64,000 nucleotides of DNA, taken from assembly GCA_964476595.1 (NCBI GenBank), contig CAYZCL010000108.1, forward strand, positions 214-64,213, given 5' to 3'. This document shows, piece by piece, positions 7,876 through 17,878 of this stretch; positions within the stretch are counted from its first letter, which is position 1, and each line of letters begins with the position of its first letter. The position numbers and the translations under genes are program-made. The notes under the pieces were generated by a model. It was not told where the DNA came from. It saw only the letters and a program-made list of their open reading frames with translations, and did not search any database. The stretch comes from an uncultured Desulfobacteraceae bacterium (GTDB lineage Bacteria; Desulfobacterota; Desulfobacteria; Desulfobacterales; JALSRD01).

Positions 7876-10261
7876 TGGTGACCTTGCGCACCTGCAGCAT
7901 GTCGGTGTGACCGGCGAAGATCTTCTCGATGCCGTCCTGCTTCAGGGTAGTCATGCCGTCCTCGATGGCCTGCTTGCGCAGTTCCTCCACGCGGGCCTTG
8001 TTCTGGATCATCTTCTTGATGACGTCGGTGCCCATCAGCAGCTCGTGCAGGCCCATGCGGCCGCGGTAGCCGGTGTTGTTGCAGTTCTCGCAGCCTTCCG
8101 GGGCGTAGAGGGTCAGGTCGTCGTTGTAGGCGATGGCCACGTTCTTCTCGAACAGCTCCGGGTCGTACTGCCGCACCAGATCGTCGTACTCCTCGCGCGA
8201 CGGGTGGTAGGGCCGCTTGCAGTCCGGGCACAGGGTCAGGACCAGGCGCTGGGCCAGGATGCACAGCACGGCGTCGGCGAAGTTGAAGGGATCCATGCCC
8301 ATGTCCAGCAGGCGGGTGATGCTCTCGGGCGCCGAGTTGGTGTGCAGGGTGGAGAGCACCAGGTGGCCGGTCAGCGAGGCCTCGATGCCGATGCGGGTGG
8401 TCTCCTGGTCGCGCATCTCGCCCACCATGATGACGTCCGGATCGGCGCGCAGGAAGGCGCGCATGGCGGCCGCAAAGTCGAACCCGATCTTGGACTTGAT
8501 CTGCACCTGGCGCAACCCCTTCTGGGTGATTTCCACGGGGTCCTCGGCCGTCCAGATCTTGGTCTCGGGTTTGTTGATGTAGCCCAGCGCCGAGTGCAGG
8601 GTGGTGGTCTTGCCGGAACCGGTGGGACCGCAGACGAAGATCAGGCCGTAAGGCTGGATGATGGCCTTGAGGAAGTTCTCGTAGTTGCGTTTGGAAAAGC
8701 CGATGCGGTCCAGCGGGATGGGGTCGCCGGACTGCAGGATACGCAGCACCACGTCCTCCAGCCCGCCCTGGGTGGGCACGGTGGCCACACGCAGTTCGAT
8801 GTCCCTGCCGCTGTACTTCTTGAACTTGATCTTGCCGTCCTGGGGCAGGCGCCGTTCGGCGATGTCGAGGTCCGACATGATCTTGATGCGCGAAATGACC
8901 GCATTCTTGTAGTTGTAGGGAATCGTCTGGTAGACGTAGCAGTTGCCGTCCACGCGAAAGCGTACCTGGGTGTTCTGGCGACCGGCGTAGGGCTCGATGT
9001 GGATGTCCGAGGCGCCGCGCGAAACGGCGTCCAGGATGATCTTGTTGACCAACTGGACCACGGCGCTGTCGCCCTCGTCGATGAAGTCGTCGCCCTCCTC
9101 GAACTCCTCGGCCTCGTCCTGCAGCTGCGAGAGGATGTCGTCGATCTCGGCGATCTCCTTCTCGTCCTGGGTGAAGAGCGAGATGGTGTCCAGGATGTCC
9201 TGTTTGAGGGCCACCTTGAAGGCCACGATCTTGCCGGGGAACAGGGCCTTGATCTCGTCGATCTTCTGCAGGTCGTAGGGGTTGTCGACGGCGATGATGA
9301 TCTTGCCGTCCTCGATGCCCAGGGGCACCCACACGTTCTTGCGCATGAAGGGCACCTTGAGCCCCACCAGCAGTTCGCCGGGGATGGGCATCTTGGCGTT
9401 GTACTCGATGTAGGGGACGCGGTAGTAGGTGCTCAAGGATTTGAGCACGTCCTTCTTGGGGATTTTGAGGTTCTTGATGAGGTGGCTCTCGATGGGCTGC
9501 CCGGCCTGGCGGGCGTAGCCGATGGCCTTGTTGAGCTCCTTTTGGGTCAGCAGGTGGTTTTCCAGCAGGTAGTCGAACTTGCTGGTTTTGTTCTTGGCCA
9601 TGCGCTTCTGGTTGAACAGCGCGATACCCAGGATCTCGGCCAGCTCGCGGATGGTGTCCTCGTCGGTCTTGTCGAAGGGCTCACCGTCCTTGCGGTTCAT
9701 CAGCTGCAGCACGCCCAGCAGGTAGCGACGGAAAACGATGGGGTAGACCAGCACCTGCCTCGTCCGGAACCCGGTGCGCACGTCCCAGTTCTTGTCGAAC
9801 TTGAGCACCGGGTCGATGGCCGCCAGTTCCTTTTCGTCGTAGACGTCCTTGATGTTGAGCAGCTGCTGCTTGAGGGCCGCGTATCCGGCGATGGACTCGG
9901 TGGAAATGGGCAGCCGGATCTCGGTGGTACCGGTGGCCGATGGAACCTGGGAGCTGAGCTCGCGCTTGATGCCGTCCACCTGGTAGACGGTCAGGCGCTC
10001 GGCGTTGAACAGGCCGGTGATCTCGTCGGACAGGTCGTTGATGATCTCCTGCACGCTGGAGGCGGCATAGACGTTGTTGGTGATATCCTTCAGCTTCTTG
10101 ATGCTGGCGACCTTGGTCTCCAGCTTGCGGTCCAGGGGGGCCTTGGTGGCCTTGAGGCCCTGAACGCCGGGTGCCGCACCGGCGCCCGTGCGGCCGCGGT
10201 GGGCCTTGAGGCCCTCTTGGCCGTTTCCCTGGCGGGCTTTACTCTCCGTGTTGCTGAGCAT
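7868..10261 (-). CDS. GspE/PulE/PilB-family secretion ATPase with N-terminal GAF domain
   Basis: GAF (GIAGYA-like ESIAGYA, LGVLQLMNRK); ASDIHIEP; Walker A GPTGSGKT; RADPDVIMVGEMRD; tetracysteine CPDC..CENC. Confidence 0.9.
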   Translation of the reverse strand: MLSNTESKARQGNGQEGLKAHRGRTGAGAAPGVQGLKATKAPLDRKLETKVASIKKLKDITNNVYAASSVQEIINDLSDEITGLFNAERLTVYQVDGIKRELSSQVPSATGTTEIRLPISTESIAGYAALKQQLLNIKDVYDEKELAAIDPVLKFDKNWDVRTGFRTRQVLVYPIVFRRYLLGVLQLMNRKDGEPFDKTDEDTIRELAEILGIALFNQKRMAKNKTSKFDYLLENHLLTQKELNKAIGYARQAGQPIESHLIKNLKIPKKDVLKSLSTYYRVPYIEYNAKMPIPGELLVGLKVPFMRKNVWVPLGIEDGKIIIAVDNPYDLQKIDEIKALFPGKIVAFKVALKQDILDTISLFTQDEKEIAEIDDILSQLQDEAEEFEEGDDFIDEGDSAVVQLVNKIILDAVSRGASDIHIEPYAGRQNTQVRFRVDGNCYVYQTIPYNYKNAVISRIKIMSDLDIAERRLPQDGKIKFKKYSGRDIELRVATVPTQGGLEDVVLRILQSGDPIPLDRIGFSKRNYENFLKAIIQPYGLIFVCGPTGSGKTTTLHSALGYINKPETKIWTAEDPVEITQKGLRQVQIKSKIGFDFAAAMRAFLRADPDVIMVGEMRDQETTRIGIEASLTGHLVLSTLHTNSAPESITRLLDMGMDPFNFADAVLCILAQRLVLTLCPDCKRPYHPSREEYDDLVRQYDPELFEKNVAIAYNDDLTLYAPEGCENCNNTGYRGRMGLHELLMGTDVIKKMIQNKARVEELRKQAIEDGMTTLKQDGIEKIFAGHTDMLQVRKVTIK

Positions 10262-10415
10262 GTTTCATCCCTGTTTCAGGCGGTGCGTGTCGAAGGTGAC
10301 CTGTCACCGGAAAGCGGTCGTGAAAATTTGGAAAAGCATCCGGCGGCCTCTGGTGGCTTCCGACCATCGTGAAGCGCGGCCGCCCGGCAGGCGGACGGCC
10401 GCCGTCTGTAGCCTA

Positions 10416-10442
10416 TTATCGGTCGTGCGACAGGCTTCTTTA
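10416..10442 (-). promoter_or_regulatory. sigma-28 (FliA/WhiG-type) promoter upstream of GAF-ATPase
   Basis: TAAA-N15-ACCGATAA on minus strand (consensus TAAA-N15-GCCGATAA). Confidence 0.6.
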
Positions 10443-10576
10443 ACCGAAGTTGGGGCCACGCGGGGACGGGTGAAACGGGGGGGGGAAACGGGTGTGCGGC
10501 AAGCGGAATCGTCCGGCTGCCAAAGGGGTGCGGCACCGGTTCGCGGGGGCGCTCCCGCGGCCGCGGGCGGAAGAGG

Positions 10577-10822
10577 TCAGCCGCGGCCTTCGCCGCCCCC
10601 GTCCCGCCGGCGGTAGAGGGCGATGAGTTTCTTCACGCCGCCGCCCACCAGCAGGATCCCCATGAGGTAGAAACAGAAGTAGATGAAGGGCATGATGCCG
10701 GAGAAATAGGCGATCTCACGCACGCGGGGCATCACCTGGGGAATGCGGTAGAAGACCCCCAGTCCGGCCAGGATGAGGGCCACGGCCCACATGAGCTGAA
10801 AGTTTTTTCCGGGTGCGGCCAT
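10577..10822 (-). CDS. Small two-TM membrane protein, unknown function
   Basis: Two hydrophobic segments; 24 nt downstream of crotonase stop, same strand. Confidence 0.65.
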   Translation of the reverse strand: MAAPGKNFQLMWAVALILAGLGVFYRIPQVMPRVREIAYFSGIMPFIYFCFYLMGILLVGGGVKKLIALYRRRDGGGEGRG

Positions 10823-10846
10823 GCACGCTTCCCTTCGGCGGCGCGC

Positions 10847-11638
10847 CTACTCGTTGAGGCGGCCCTTGAAGACGGGCTTGCGCTTCTCCAGGAAAGCCTG
10901 GGTGCCCTCGCGGCTGTCGGGGCTGGCCATGCACAGGGCGAAGGCGTCGGTTTCGATGTGGCAGCCGGTCTCCAGGTCGGTGTTCAGACCGCGGTTGACG
11001 GCCTGCTTTGCGGCGCGCAGCGAGGCCTTGCCCATGGCGGCGATGCGGCCGGCGGTCTTGGTCACCTCGTCCATGAGGGCGTCGGCGGCGCACACCCTGT
11101 TGGCGATGCCCAGGCGCAGGGCCTCCCGGGCATCGACCATCTTGCCGGTAAAGATCATCTCCTTGGCCACGTTGGGGCCCACCAGGCGCGGCAGCCGCTG
11201 GGTGCCGCCAAAGCCCGGGATGATGCCCAGGGTGATCTCGGGCAGGCCGAAAACGGCGTTTTCGGAGGCGTAGACGAAGTCGCAGGCCAGCGCCATCTCG
11301 GTGCCGCCGCCCAGGGCGTAGCCGTTGACCGCCGCGATGGCCGGGATGGGCAGCTGCTGCAGGGCTCCGATGGCGGTCTGGCCCTTCTGGGAGAAATACT
11401 TGGCCTGCAGGGCGTTGTAGGTGGCCAACTCGGAGATGTCGGCGCCGGCCACGAAGGCCTTGTCACCGCTGCCGGTGAGCACCAGCACGCGGATGTCCTC
11501 GTCGGCGGCCACGGCCGCCAGCGCCTGGTTGAACTCCTCCAGCAGCGCGGCGTTGAGCGCGTTCATGACCTTGGGCCGGTTGAAAGTGATCCGGGCGATG
11601 CCGCCCTCGACGTCGAATAGCAGGTGCTTGAAGTCCAT
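10847..11638 (-). CDS. Enoyl-CoA hydratase/isomerase (crotonase family)
   Basis: FVAGADI, AVNGYALGGG, FGLPEITLGIIPGFGGTQRLPRLVG; SD AAGGAGA before ATG 11638. Confidence 0.93.
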   Translation of the reverse strand: MDFKHLLFDVEGGIARITFNRPKVMNALNAALLEEFNQALAAVAADEDIRVLVLTGSGDKAFVAGADISELATYNALQAKYFSQKGQTAIGALQQLPIPAIAAVNGYALGGGTEMALACDFVYASENAVFGLPEITLGIIPGFGGTQRLPRLVGPNVAKEMIFTGKMVDAREALRLGIANRVCAADALMDEVTKTAGRIAAMGKASLRAAKQAVNRGLNTDLETGCHIETDAFALCMASPDSREGTQAFLEKRKPVFKGRLNE

Positions 11639-11787
11639 GATGGGTTCTCCTTTGGTTGGTGTTCGATCGCGTCTCCCGGGTTTCCGGCGGACACGGCGTT
11701 GCGCCTGCCTGCGCAGCCGGTCTGCAGAAAGCGCAGCGGCGCAACGTCCGGCATCACCGCCGCTTGCGCCGGTTCCGGGCACACCTG

Positions 11788-11816
11788 CATAAACCATTTA
11801 TGGCGCAATTTGTCAA
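11788..11816 (-). promoter_or_regulatory. Crotonase promoter with palindromic operator over -10
   Basis: TTGACA (11816-11811); CATAAA-N3-TTTATG palindrome at 11788-11802 covers the expected -10. Confidence 0.5.
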
Positions 11817-11992
11817 ATGCGCAGGACCGCATCTGTAGTGAACCTGCAGGCCGGCGCGGGCGTGTCCACCGCAACGCTCTCGGGTGTTTCGTCGCGCGGG
11901 TGCATCTGTGCGTGGGCAAGAGGTTTTCGCGGTGCGCAGTCCGGGAGCCGGCGTACTCCCGACGGGGTCTGCGCGGCGCGGACGACGGCGGC

Positions 11993-12889
11993 TCACTCCG
12001 CCGGCGCCTCGGCCCGGGCCGCCAGGTAGATGGAGACCAGCACGCAACCGCCGCCCATAACTTTCAGCAAGGTGAAGCCCTCGTCGAAGAGGAAGTAGGC
12101 GATGATGCTGCTGATGACCGGCTCGCCCAGCAAACTGACGGCGATCAGACCGGCACTGCACCACTTGAGCGCCCAGTTGTAGCTGGTGTGGCCCACCACC
12201 TGGGAGATCAGCGCCAGGCCCCCGAAGCTGGCCCAGGTGCCGGTGGAAAAACCGGTGACCGGCTGGCCCAGGGCCAGCACCAGGGCCCACAGGATGACGG
12301 CCGCCGCCCCGTAGCACACGGTCACGTAGGGCAGCAGCGACAGGTGCGCCCGCAGTCGCCGGCCCAGCAGCAGGTAGGCCGCAGCGCTGACCCCGCCGGC
12401 CAGTGCCAGGGCGTCGCCCCACAGGGCGCGCCCCCCGGCGGCGAAGTCCCCGGCCCCGATGAGCACACCGCCCACGACGCTGACCACGATGCTGACCACC
12501 ATCACCGGCCGCAGGCGGTCGCCGGTCACGAAGGGCGTCAGCAGGCCCACCCACAGCGGATTGGTGTCCACCAGCACCACCGAGCTGCTCACCGTGGTGT
12601 AGTCCAGCGAGGAGATCCAGAAGGCGAAATGCAGCGCCAGGAAGAGTCCCGAAAGCCCGGCCAACACCAGGTCCCGGCGGCCCAGGGACAGCAGCTCGCG
12701 GCGCGCCGTGAGCCACGCCGGCGGGGCCAGCAGCAGCACGGCCAGCCCCACGCGGTAGGCGGCGGTGACCAGGGCCGGGGCGTCGGCCAGGCGGGCGAAG
12801 ATGGCGCCGGTGGAAACCGCCAGAATGCCCACGCCCATGGCGGCGTACGGGTGTACGCGCGGCTGCGGGTCGGCGCCGGCCGGGTTCAT
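11993..12889 (-). CDS. DMT/EamA family transporter
   Basis: About 10 TM helices, two EamA repeats (LALHFAFWISSL, GEPVISSIIAYFLFDE); ATGA overlap with amidase stop. Confidence 0.9.
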   Translation of the reverse strand: MNPAGADPQPRVHPYAAMGVGILAVSTGAIFARLADAPALVTAAYRVGLAVLLLAPPAWLTARRELLSLGRRDLVLAGLSGLFLALHFAFWISSLDYTTVSSSVVLVDTNPLWVGLLTPFVTGDRLRPVMVVSIVVSVVGGVLIGAGDFAAGGRALWGDALALAGGVSAAAYLLLGRRLRAHLSLLPYVTVCYGAAAVILWALVLALGQPVTGFSTGTWASFGGLALISQVVGHTSYNWALKWCSAGLIAVSLLGEPVISSIIAYFLFDEGFTLLKVMGGGCVLVSIYLAARAEAPAE

Positions 12890-14538
12890 CGCAGGCGGCC
12901 GGCCCGGGTCAGCGACAGGGGGTTGACCTGCCGGATGTAGGCGCGGATGCCCTTGACAATGCCGCGGCACAGGTTCTCCTGGTACTTGGGGTCCGACAGC
13001 CGCCGGCACTCGCGGGGGTTGCTGATGAATGATGTCTCGATGAGGATGGCCGGCATCTGGGCGCCCAGCAGCACGTAGAAGGGCGCCTGCTTGACCCCCT
13101 TGCTCTTGATGCGCGAGTAGCGGCCCTGCAGATAGCCTACCGTCGAGCGCTGCACACTGGAGGCCAGGCGCGCCGACTCGTTGATCTTGGCGTTCTGCAT
13201 GAGGTCGTTCAAGATGCTCTGCAGGTCGCTGATGTTTTTGCGCGAGGTGGCGTTTTCACGCGCCGCCACCAGGATGGCGTCCTCGTCGGTGGCCAGGTTC
13301 AGGAAGTAGGTCTCCAGGCCGTAGGCCATGTGGTTGCGCGCGGCGTTGGTGTGGATGGAGATGAACAGGTCGGCGTTCTTGGTGTTGGCGATGGCCGTGC
13401 GCTCCTCCAGGGTCAGGTAGCGGTCGCGGTTGCGCGTCAGGATGACCTCGCAGCCCAGTTCCTTGCGAATGCGCTTGGCCAGCCGCCGTGCGATCTGCAG
13501 GGTGATGTTCTTCTCGTAGACGCCCTTGCAGTAGCCCGGCGCGCCGAAGTCGCGGCCGCCGTGGCCGGCGTCCACCACGATGCGCCGGACGCCCAGCGAA
13601 AACTGGCGCGCCAGATCACCGGTGGATTTCTTTCCCTTGCGGCTGCGGGGCTTGGCGATGATCACCGGCGACTGCATGATGCTGTTGGTACCCCAGACGT
13701 CGATGACGATGCGGAAGGGGTTGCGCAGCGAGAAGACCTTGTAGCGTTTGAAGGACTTGATGTCCACCACCACGCGTACCGAGTCTCTGGTGTGCTGCCC
13801 GGCGCGCACGCTGCTGAGCAGATCGTCGTTGATGGGGATCTGGCGCTGGATGGCCTTGGTCAGCACGCTCTTGTCCAGGTCGATGTACAGCCGCCGCGGC
13901 TTGTGCAGCGAGGGGTCCTTCCGCAGCAGCCGCGACGAATAGGAGGTCTCCTTGCTGGCGTCGATGACGATGCGCGTGTAGTTGGGGTTGGACCAGTAGC
14001 GCAGCCCGGTGACCAGGGCCGGCCCCGGGGGCGGCGGCGGGGACTTGCGCGGTGCGTAGTAGCTGTCGGAGCTGCGCTTGCGCACCTTGACCTTCTTCTT
14101 TTCGGGGGCTTTCTTTCTGGCCGAGGACTTGACCTGCGCGCGCCGGATCTCCACCCTGGCCTTGGCGGCGTAGCTGCTGCGGGGAAAACGTTTGACGATG
14201 CGCCGGAAGGCGTCGAGGGCCTCCAGGCGATCGGTCTCCAGGTAGGAACGTCGGTAGAGTTCCAGGTAAAGTTTGCCGGCCTTGTACAGCCCGGCGGCGG
14301 CCCAGGGGCCCTTGGGGGCCAGCTGGTAGACCCGTTCGTAGCCGGAAATGCACTTGAGCCAGTGGCTGCGGTACTTCTGGCGCGAGGGGCTCTTGCGCAG
14401 GGCGCTGTAGCACTTCTCGGCCGAGAGGTACTGGTCCTTGGGCGTGCGGGCCCACAGGTCCGGCGCCGTCAGCAGGGCCGCCAGGGCGCAGGCCAGCACG
14501 ACGAACCCCGCCGGGCGGTATGCCCTTGCAAGCTTCAC
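12886..14538 (-). CDS. N-acetylmuramoyl-L-alanine amidase (AmiC-like: helical N-domain, AMIN, Amidase_3)
   Basis: VVDAGHGG, EKNITL, FISIHTNA, AILIETSF; AMIN (YTRIVID); GTG start with GGAG SD. Confidence 0.9.
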   Translation of the reverse strand: MKLARAYRPAGFVVLACALAALLTAPDLWARTPKDQYLSAEKCYSALRKSPSRQKYRSHWLKCISGYERVYQLAPKGPWAAAGLYKAGKLYLELYRRSYLETDRLEALDAFRRIVKRFPRSSYAAKARVEIRRAQVKSSARKKAPEKKKVKVRKRSSDSYYAPRKSPPPPPGPALVTGLRYWSNPNYTRIVIDASKETSYSSRLLRKDPSLHKPRRLYIDLDKSVLTKAIQRQIPINDDLLSSVRAGQHTRDSVRVVVDIKSFKRYKVFSLRNPFRIVIDVWGTNSIMQSPVIIAKPRSRKGKKSTGDLARQFSLGVRRIVVDAGHGGRDFGAPGYCKGVYEKNITLQIARRLAKRIRKELGCEVILTRNRDRYLTLEERTAIANTKNADLFISIHTNAARNHMAYGLETYFLNLATDEDAILVAARENATSRKNISDLQSILNDLMQNAKINESARLASSVQRSTVGYLQGRYSRIKSKGVKQAPFYVLLGAQMPAILIETSFISNPRECRRLSDPKYQENLCRGIVKGIRAYIRQVNPLSLTRAGRLR

Positions 14539-14774
14539 TGGCGGAACTCCCGGGGCCGCGCCGGCGCCCGGGGCACCGCGGCCTGCGTGTGGGTTATGAA
14601 CATGTCCATGGCGTTTTCCTGCCGCTTGCCGCCCGCCGTCGTGGGGTGAAACGGCGGAATGGTACAGGGCTGAAACTCTGCCAGCATTTGGCGCAAATAG
14701 CAAGCCCGCCGCCGTAAAAAAGGTCGGCACACGCCCGTGCCCCCGGCCTGCCGGGGACACCGACCCGCGGCGGA

Positions 14775-17414
14775 TCACTCCAGTTCGCGGGCCTGTTCGT
14801 GCAGTTCGTTCAGGCGGTTGAGGGCCTCGAGGGGTGTCATGCGGGCGATGTCCAGCCGGCGCAGCCGGTCCAGCAGCGCCTTTTCGGGGGGTTCGAAGAG
14901 CTGCAGCTGCACCCCGCCCCGGGGGTCCGCCCCGCCGTCGCTTTTCCCGGCGCCGCGTGCGCCCAGGTGGTGGTCGCCGTTTTCCAGCGCCGCCAGCACC
15001 TTGCGCGCCTGCCGGATGACGTCGTCGGGGATGCCCGCCAGCCGGGCCACCTGGATGCCGTAGCTGCGGTTGGTACCGCCGGCCACCAGCTTGCGCAGAA
15101 AGATGATCTCGTCGTTCCACTCCTTGACGGCGATGTTGAAATTCTTCACGCGCGCCTTGGTGCGCGCCAGCTCGGTGAGCTCGTGGTAGTGGGTGGCGAA
15201 CAGAGTCTTGACGCCGCGGCCGTGCAGGTCGTGCAGGTAGGCGGCCACGGCCCAGGCGATGCTCAGCCCGTCGAAAGTGCTGGTGCCGCGCCCGATCTCG
15301 TCCATGATCACCAGGCTGCGGCCGGTGGCGTTGTTGAGAATGTTGGCCGTCTCCTGCATCTCCACCAGGAAGGTGCTCTGACCCGAGGACAGGTTGTCCA
15401 GGGCCCCCACGCGGGTGAAAATGCGGTCGGTGACCGCCAGAGAGGCCGCGGCGGCCGGCACGAAAGAGCCCATCTGGGCCAGCACCACGCTCAGGGCCAC
15501 CTGACGCAGCACGGTGGACTTGCCGGCCATGTTGGGGCCGGTGATGATAAGCACCTGGTTCTCGTCGTCGTCCAGGGTGATGGAATTGGGCACGAAACGC
15601 TCGCCGGCGATGAGCGTCTCGACCACCGGGTGGCGCCCGTCCTCGATGTGGATGCGCCCCTCGTCGTTGAGCCGCGGCCGGCAGTAGTCGCGGCGCTCGG
15701 CCACGAAGGCCAGGTTGAGCAGGCAGTCCAGGCGGGCCAGGAAGCCCGCCACGTCCTGCACCAGGTCATTGGCGGCCGCAGCCTGCTCGCGGACGGACGA
15801 GAAGATGCGGTACTCCAAGGCCGCACGGCGCTCCTCGGCGCCCAGCACCTTCATCTCGAATTTTTTGAGCTCGTCGGTGATGTAGCGCTCGGAGTTGACC
15901 AGCGTTTGCTTGCGCACGTAGTGGTCCGGCACGTCGGCGGCGCGCGACTTGGGCACCTCGATGTAGTAGCCGAAAACCTTGTTGAAGCGCACCTTGAGGG
16001 TGGTGATGCCGGTGCGCTGCTTCTCGCGGCTCTCCAGCGCCACCAGCCAGCCCTTGCCGTCGGAGCTGACGGCCATCAGTTCGTCGAGTTCGTCGTCGAA
16101 GCCCGGCCGGATGATGCCGCCCTCGTTGACCGTCAAGGGGGCGTCGTCGCGGATGGCCTCGGCGATCACCCGGGCCAGCTCGTCGAGCCGCGACAGGTCC
16201 CGGCGCCAGCGGAACAGCTCGCTGTCGAACTCCGCCAGCAGGGTCCACACCCGCGGCAGGCCCTCCAGCGAGCGCCGCAGGGCGAGAAGATCGCGGGCGT
16301 TGCACTGCCCCATGACGATCTTGCTGCCCAGGCGCTCCAGGTCGGCCACGGATTTCAGGGCCTCGCGCAGCTCGCCGGTGGTGTGGATCTTCTCCAGGGC
16401 TTCGGCCACGGCCGCCAGGCGGCGCTCGATGCGCTGCGCGTCGGTGAGCGGGTAGCGCAGCCAGTGGTTGAGCAGCCGGCCGCCCATGGCGGTCACGGTG
16501 CGGTCGATGACGCCGATGAGGGTGCCGCGCCGTGACCCGCTCTGCAGGTTGCGGAACAGCTCCAGGTTGCGCACCGAGACGTCGTCCAGCCACAGGTAGC
16601 TGTCCAGGCGGTAGGTCTCGATCCCCCGCAGGTGGGCCACGTCCTGTTTCTGGGTCCGGCGGATGTAGAACAGCAGCGCCCCGGCGGCGGCGATGCCGGC
16701 CCGGAGGCCCTCGCAGCCGAAACCCTCCAGGGAGACCGTGTTGAACTGCTCCAGCAGGCGGCGCCGGCCGCGTTCGGGGTGGAAGGCCTCGGCCTCCAGC
16801 CAGGTGACCGGCTTCTCGTCGAGCGCCCGCACCAGCTCCCGCAGGGCGGCGTCTTCCCGCAGGTCCTCGGGCAGCAGGGTCTCGCTGGGGCCCACGCGTC
16901 GCACCTCGTCGACCATGGCGGCGGTGTCGCGGGTCTGGCACAGCCGGAAGCCGCCCGTGGAGAGGTCCACCGTGGCCAGGCCGAAGTCGTCGCCCAGGCG
17001 GTGGACGGCCAGCAGGTAGTTGTTCTCTTTTTCGTTCAGAAACTCGTTTTCGACGATCATGCCGGGCGTGATCACCCGCACCACCTCGCGCTTGACCAGC
17101 CCCTTGGCCTTGGCGGGGTCCTCGACCTGGTCGCAGACGGCCACCTTGTAGCCGTGCTCGAGCAGCCGCGCGATGTAGCCCTGCACGGCGCGGTACGGCA
17201 CGCCGCACATGGGCACCGGCGATTCGTCGTTCTTGTTGCGGGAAGTCAGGGTGATGTCGAGCACGCGCGAGGCGGTCTCGGCATCCTCGAAGAACATCTC
17301 GTAGAAATCCCCCATGCGGTACATTAGGATGGCGTCGGCGTACCGGTCCTTGATGGACAGGTACTGCTGCATCATGGGGGTGACTTTAGCGGGACGCATA
17401 AGGAAAGCAGTCAC
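14775..17414 (-). CDS. mutS: DNA mismatch repair protein MutS (start may be ATG 17399)
   Basis: TPMMQQY, RMGDFYEMF, ITGPNMAGKST, DEIGRGTST, SYGIQVARLAG. Confidence 0.98.
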   Translation of the reverse strand: MTAFLMRPAKVTPMMQQYLSIKDRYADAILMYRMGDFYEMFFEDAETASRVLDITLTSRNKNDESPVPMCGVPYRAVQGYIARLLEHGYKVAVCDQVEDPAKAKGLVKREVVRVITPGMIVENEFLNEKENNYLLAVHRLGDDFGLATVDLSTGGFRLCQTRDTAAMVDEVRRVGPSETLLPEDLREDAALRELVRALDEKPVTWLEAEAFHPERGRRRLLEQFNTVSLEGFGCEGLRAGIAAAGALLFYIRRTQKQDVAHLRGIETYRLDSYLWLDDVSVRNLELFRNLQSGSRRGTLIGVIDRTVTAMGGRLLNHWLRYPLTDAQRIERRLAAVAEALEKIHTTGELREALKSVADLERLGSKIVMGQCNARDLLALRRSLEGLPRVWTLLAEFDSELFRWRRDLSRLDELARVIAEAIRDDAPLTVNEGGIIRPGFDDELDELMAVSSDGKGWLVALESREKQRTGITTLKVRFNKVFGYYIEVPKSRAADVPDHYVRKQTLVNSERYITDELKKFEMKVLGAEERRAALEYRIFSSVREQAAAANDLVQDVAGFLARLDCLLNLAFVAERRDYCRPRLNDEGRIHIEDGRHPVVETLIAGERFVPNSITLDDDENQVLIITGPNMAGKSTVLRQVALSVVLAQMGSFVPAAAASLAVTDRIFTRVGALDNLSSGQSTFLVEMQETANILNNATGRSLVIMDEIGRGTSTFDGLSIAWAVAAYLHDLHGRGVKTLFATHYHELTELARTKARVKNFNIAVKEWNDEIIFLRKLVAGGTNRSYGIQVARLAGIPDDVIRQARKVLAALENGDHHLGARGAGKSDGGADPRGGVQLQLFEPPEKALLDRLRRLDIARMTPLEALNRLNELHEQARELE

Positions 17415-17461
17415 GTCGGGCGCCGGCCCGGACGGGGATCAGGCTGCCTGTCCGGACCGTG

Positions 17462-17860
17462 TCAGGCCTTCTCCTGCGGCTGGGTTTCCGGTGCTTTGGA
17501 TGCGCTCTCGGCGGTCGGCGTGCCGGCGGCGGCCTCGACGGCCGGGGCCTTGTAGCTCTCCAGCTCCTTTTTCAGGGAAGCGATCATCTCAAGGTGGGAG
17601 TTGTTGGCGGCGTTGAGGGTTTTGATCTCCTTGCGCAGCCGCATGCGTGCGGGAAAACTGAAGATGTAGGCCAGGACGATACCGGCCACGAAACAGGAGA
17701 CAAACAGTATCCAGTTTTTGACTTCTCCCAGGTTGTACTCCTTGAACAGCAGGTTGAGGGTGTAGGCCTGCTTGTCGGTGAAAAATTCCTGGTTGGAGAA
17801 GATGAACACCGCGATGGCGGCGGCAATCAGGAACCAGATAAAATACTTAAATTTCTTCAT
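17462..17860 (-). CDS. LapA-domain small membrane protein
   Basis: Two TM segments (IAVFIFSNQE; WILFVSCFVAGIVL) then coiled coil. Confidence 0.7.
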   Translation of the reverse strand: MKKFKYFIWFLIAAAIAVFIFSNQEFFTDKQAYTLNLLFKEYNLGEVKNWILFVSCFVAGIVLAYIFSFPARMRLRKEIKTLNAANNSHLEMIASLKKELESYKAPAVEAAAGTPTAESASKAPETQPQEKA

Positions 17861-17878
17861 ACTGTTTCTCCTGTAAAA

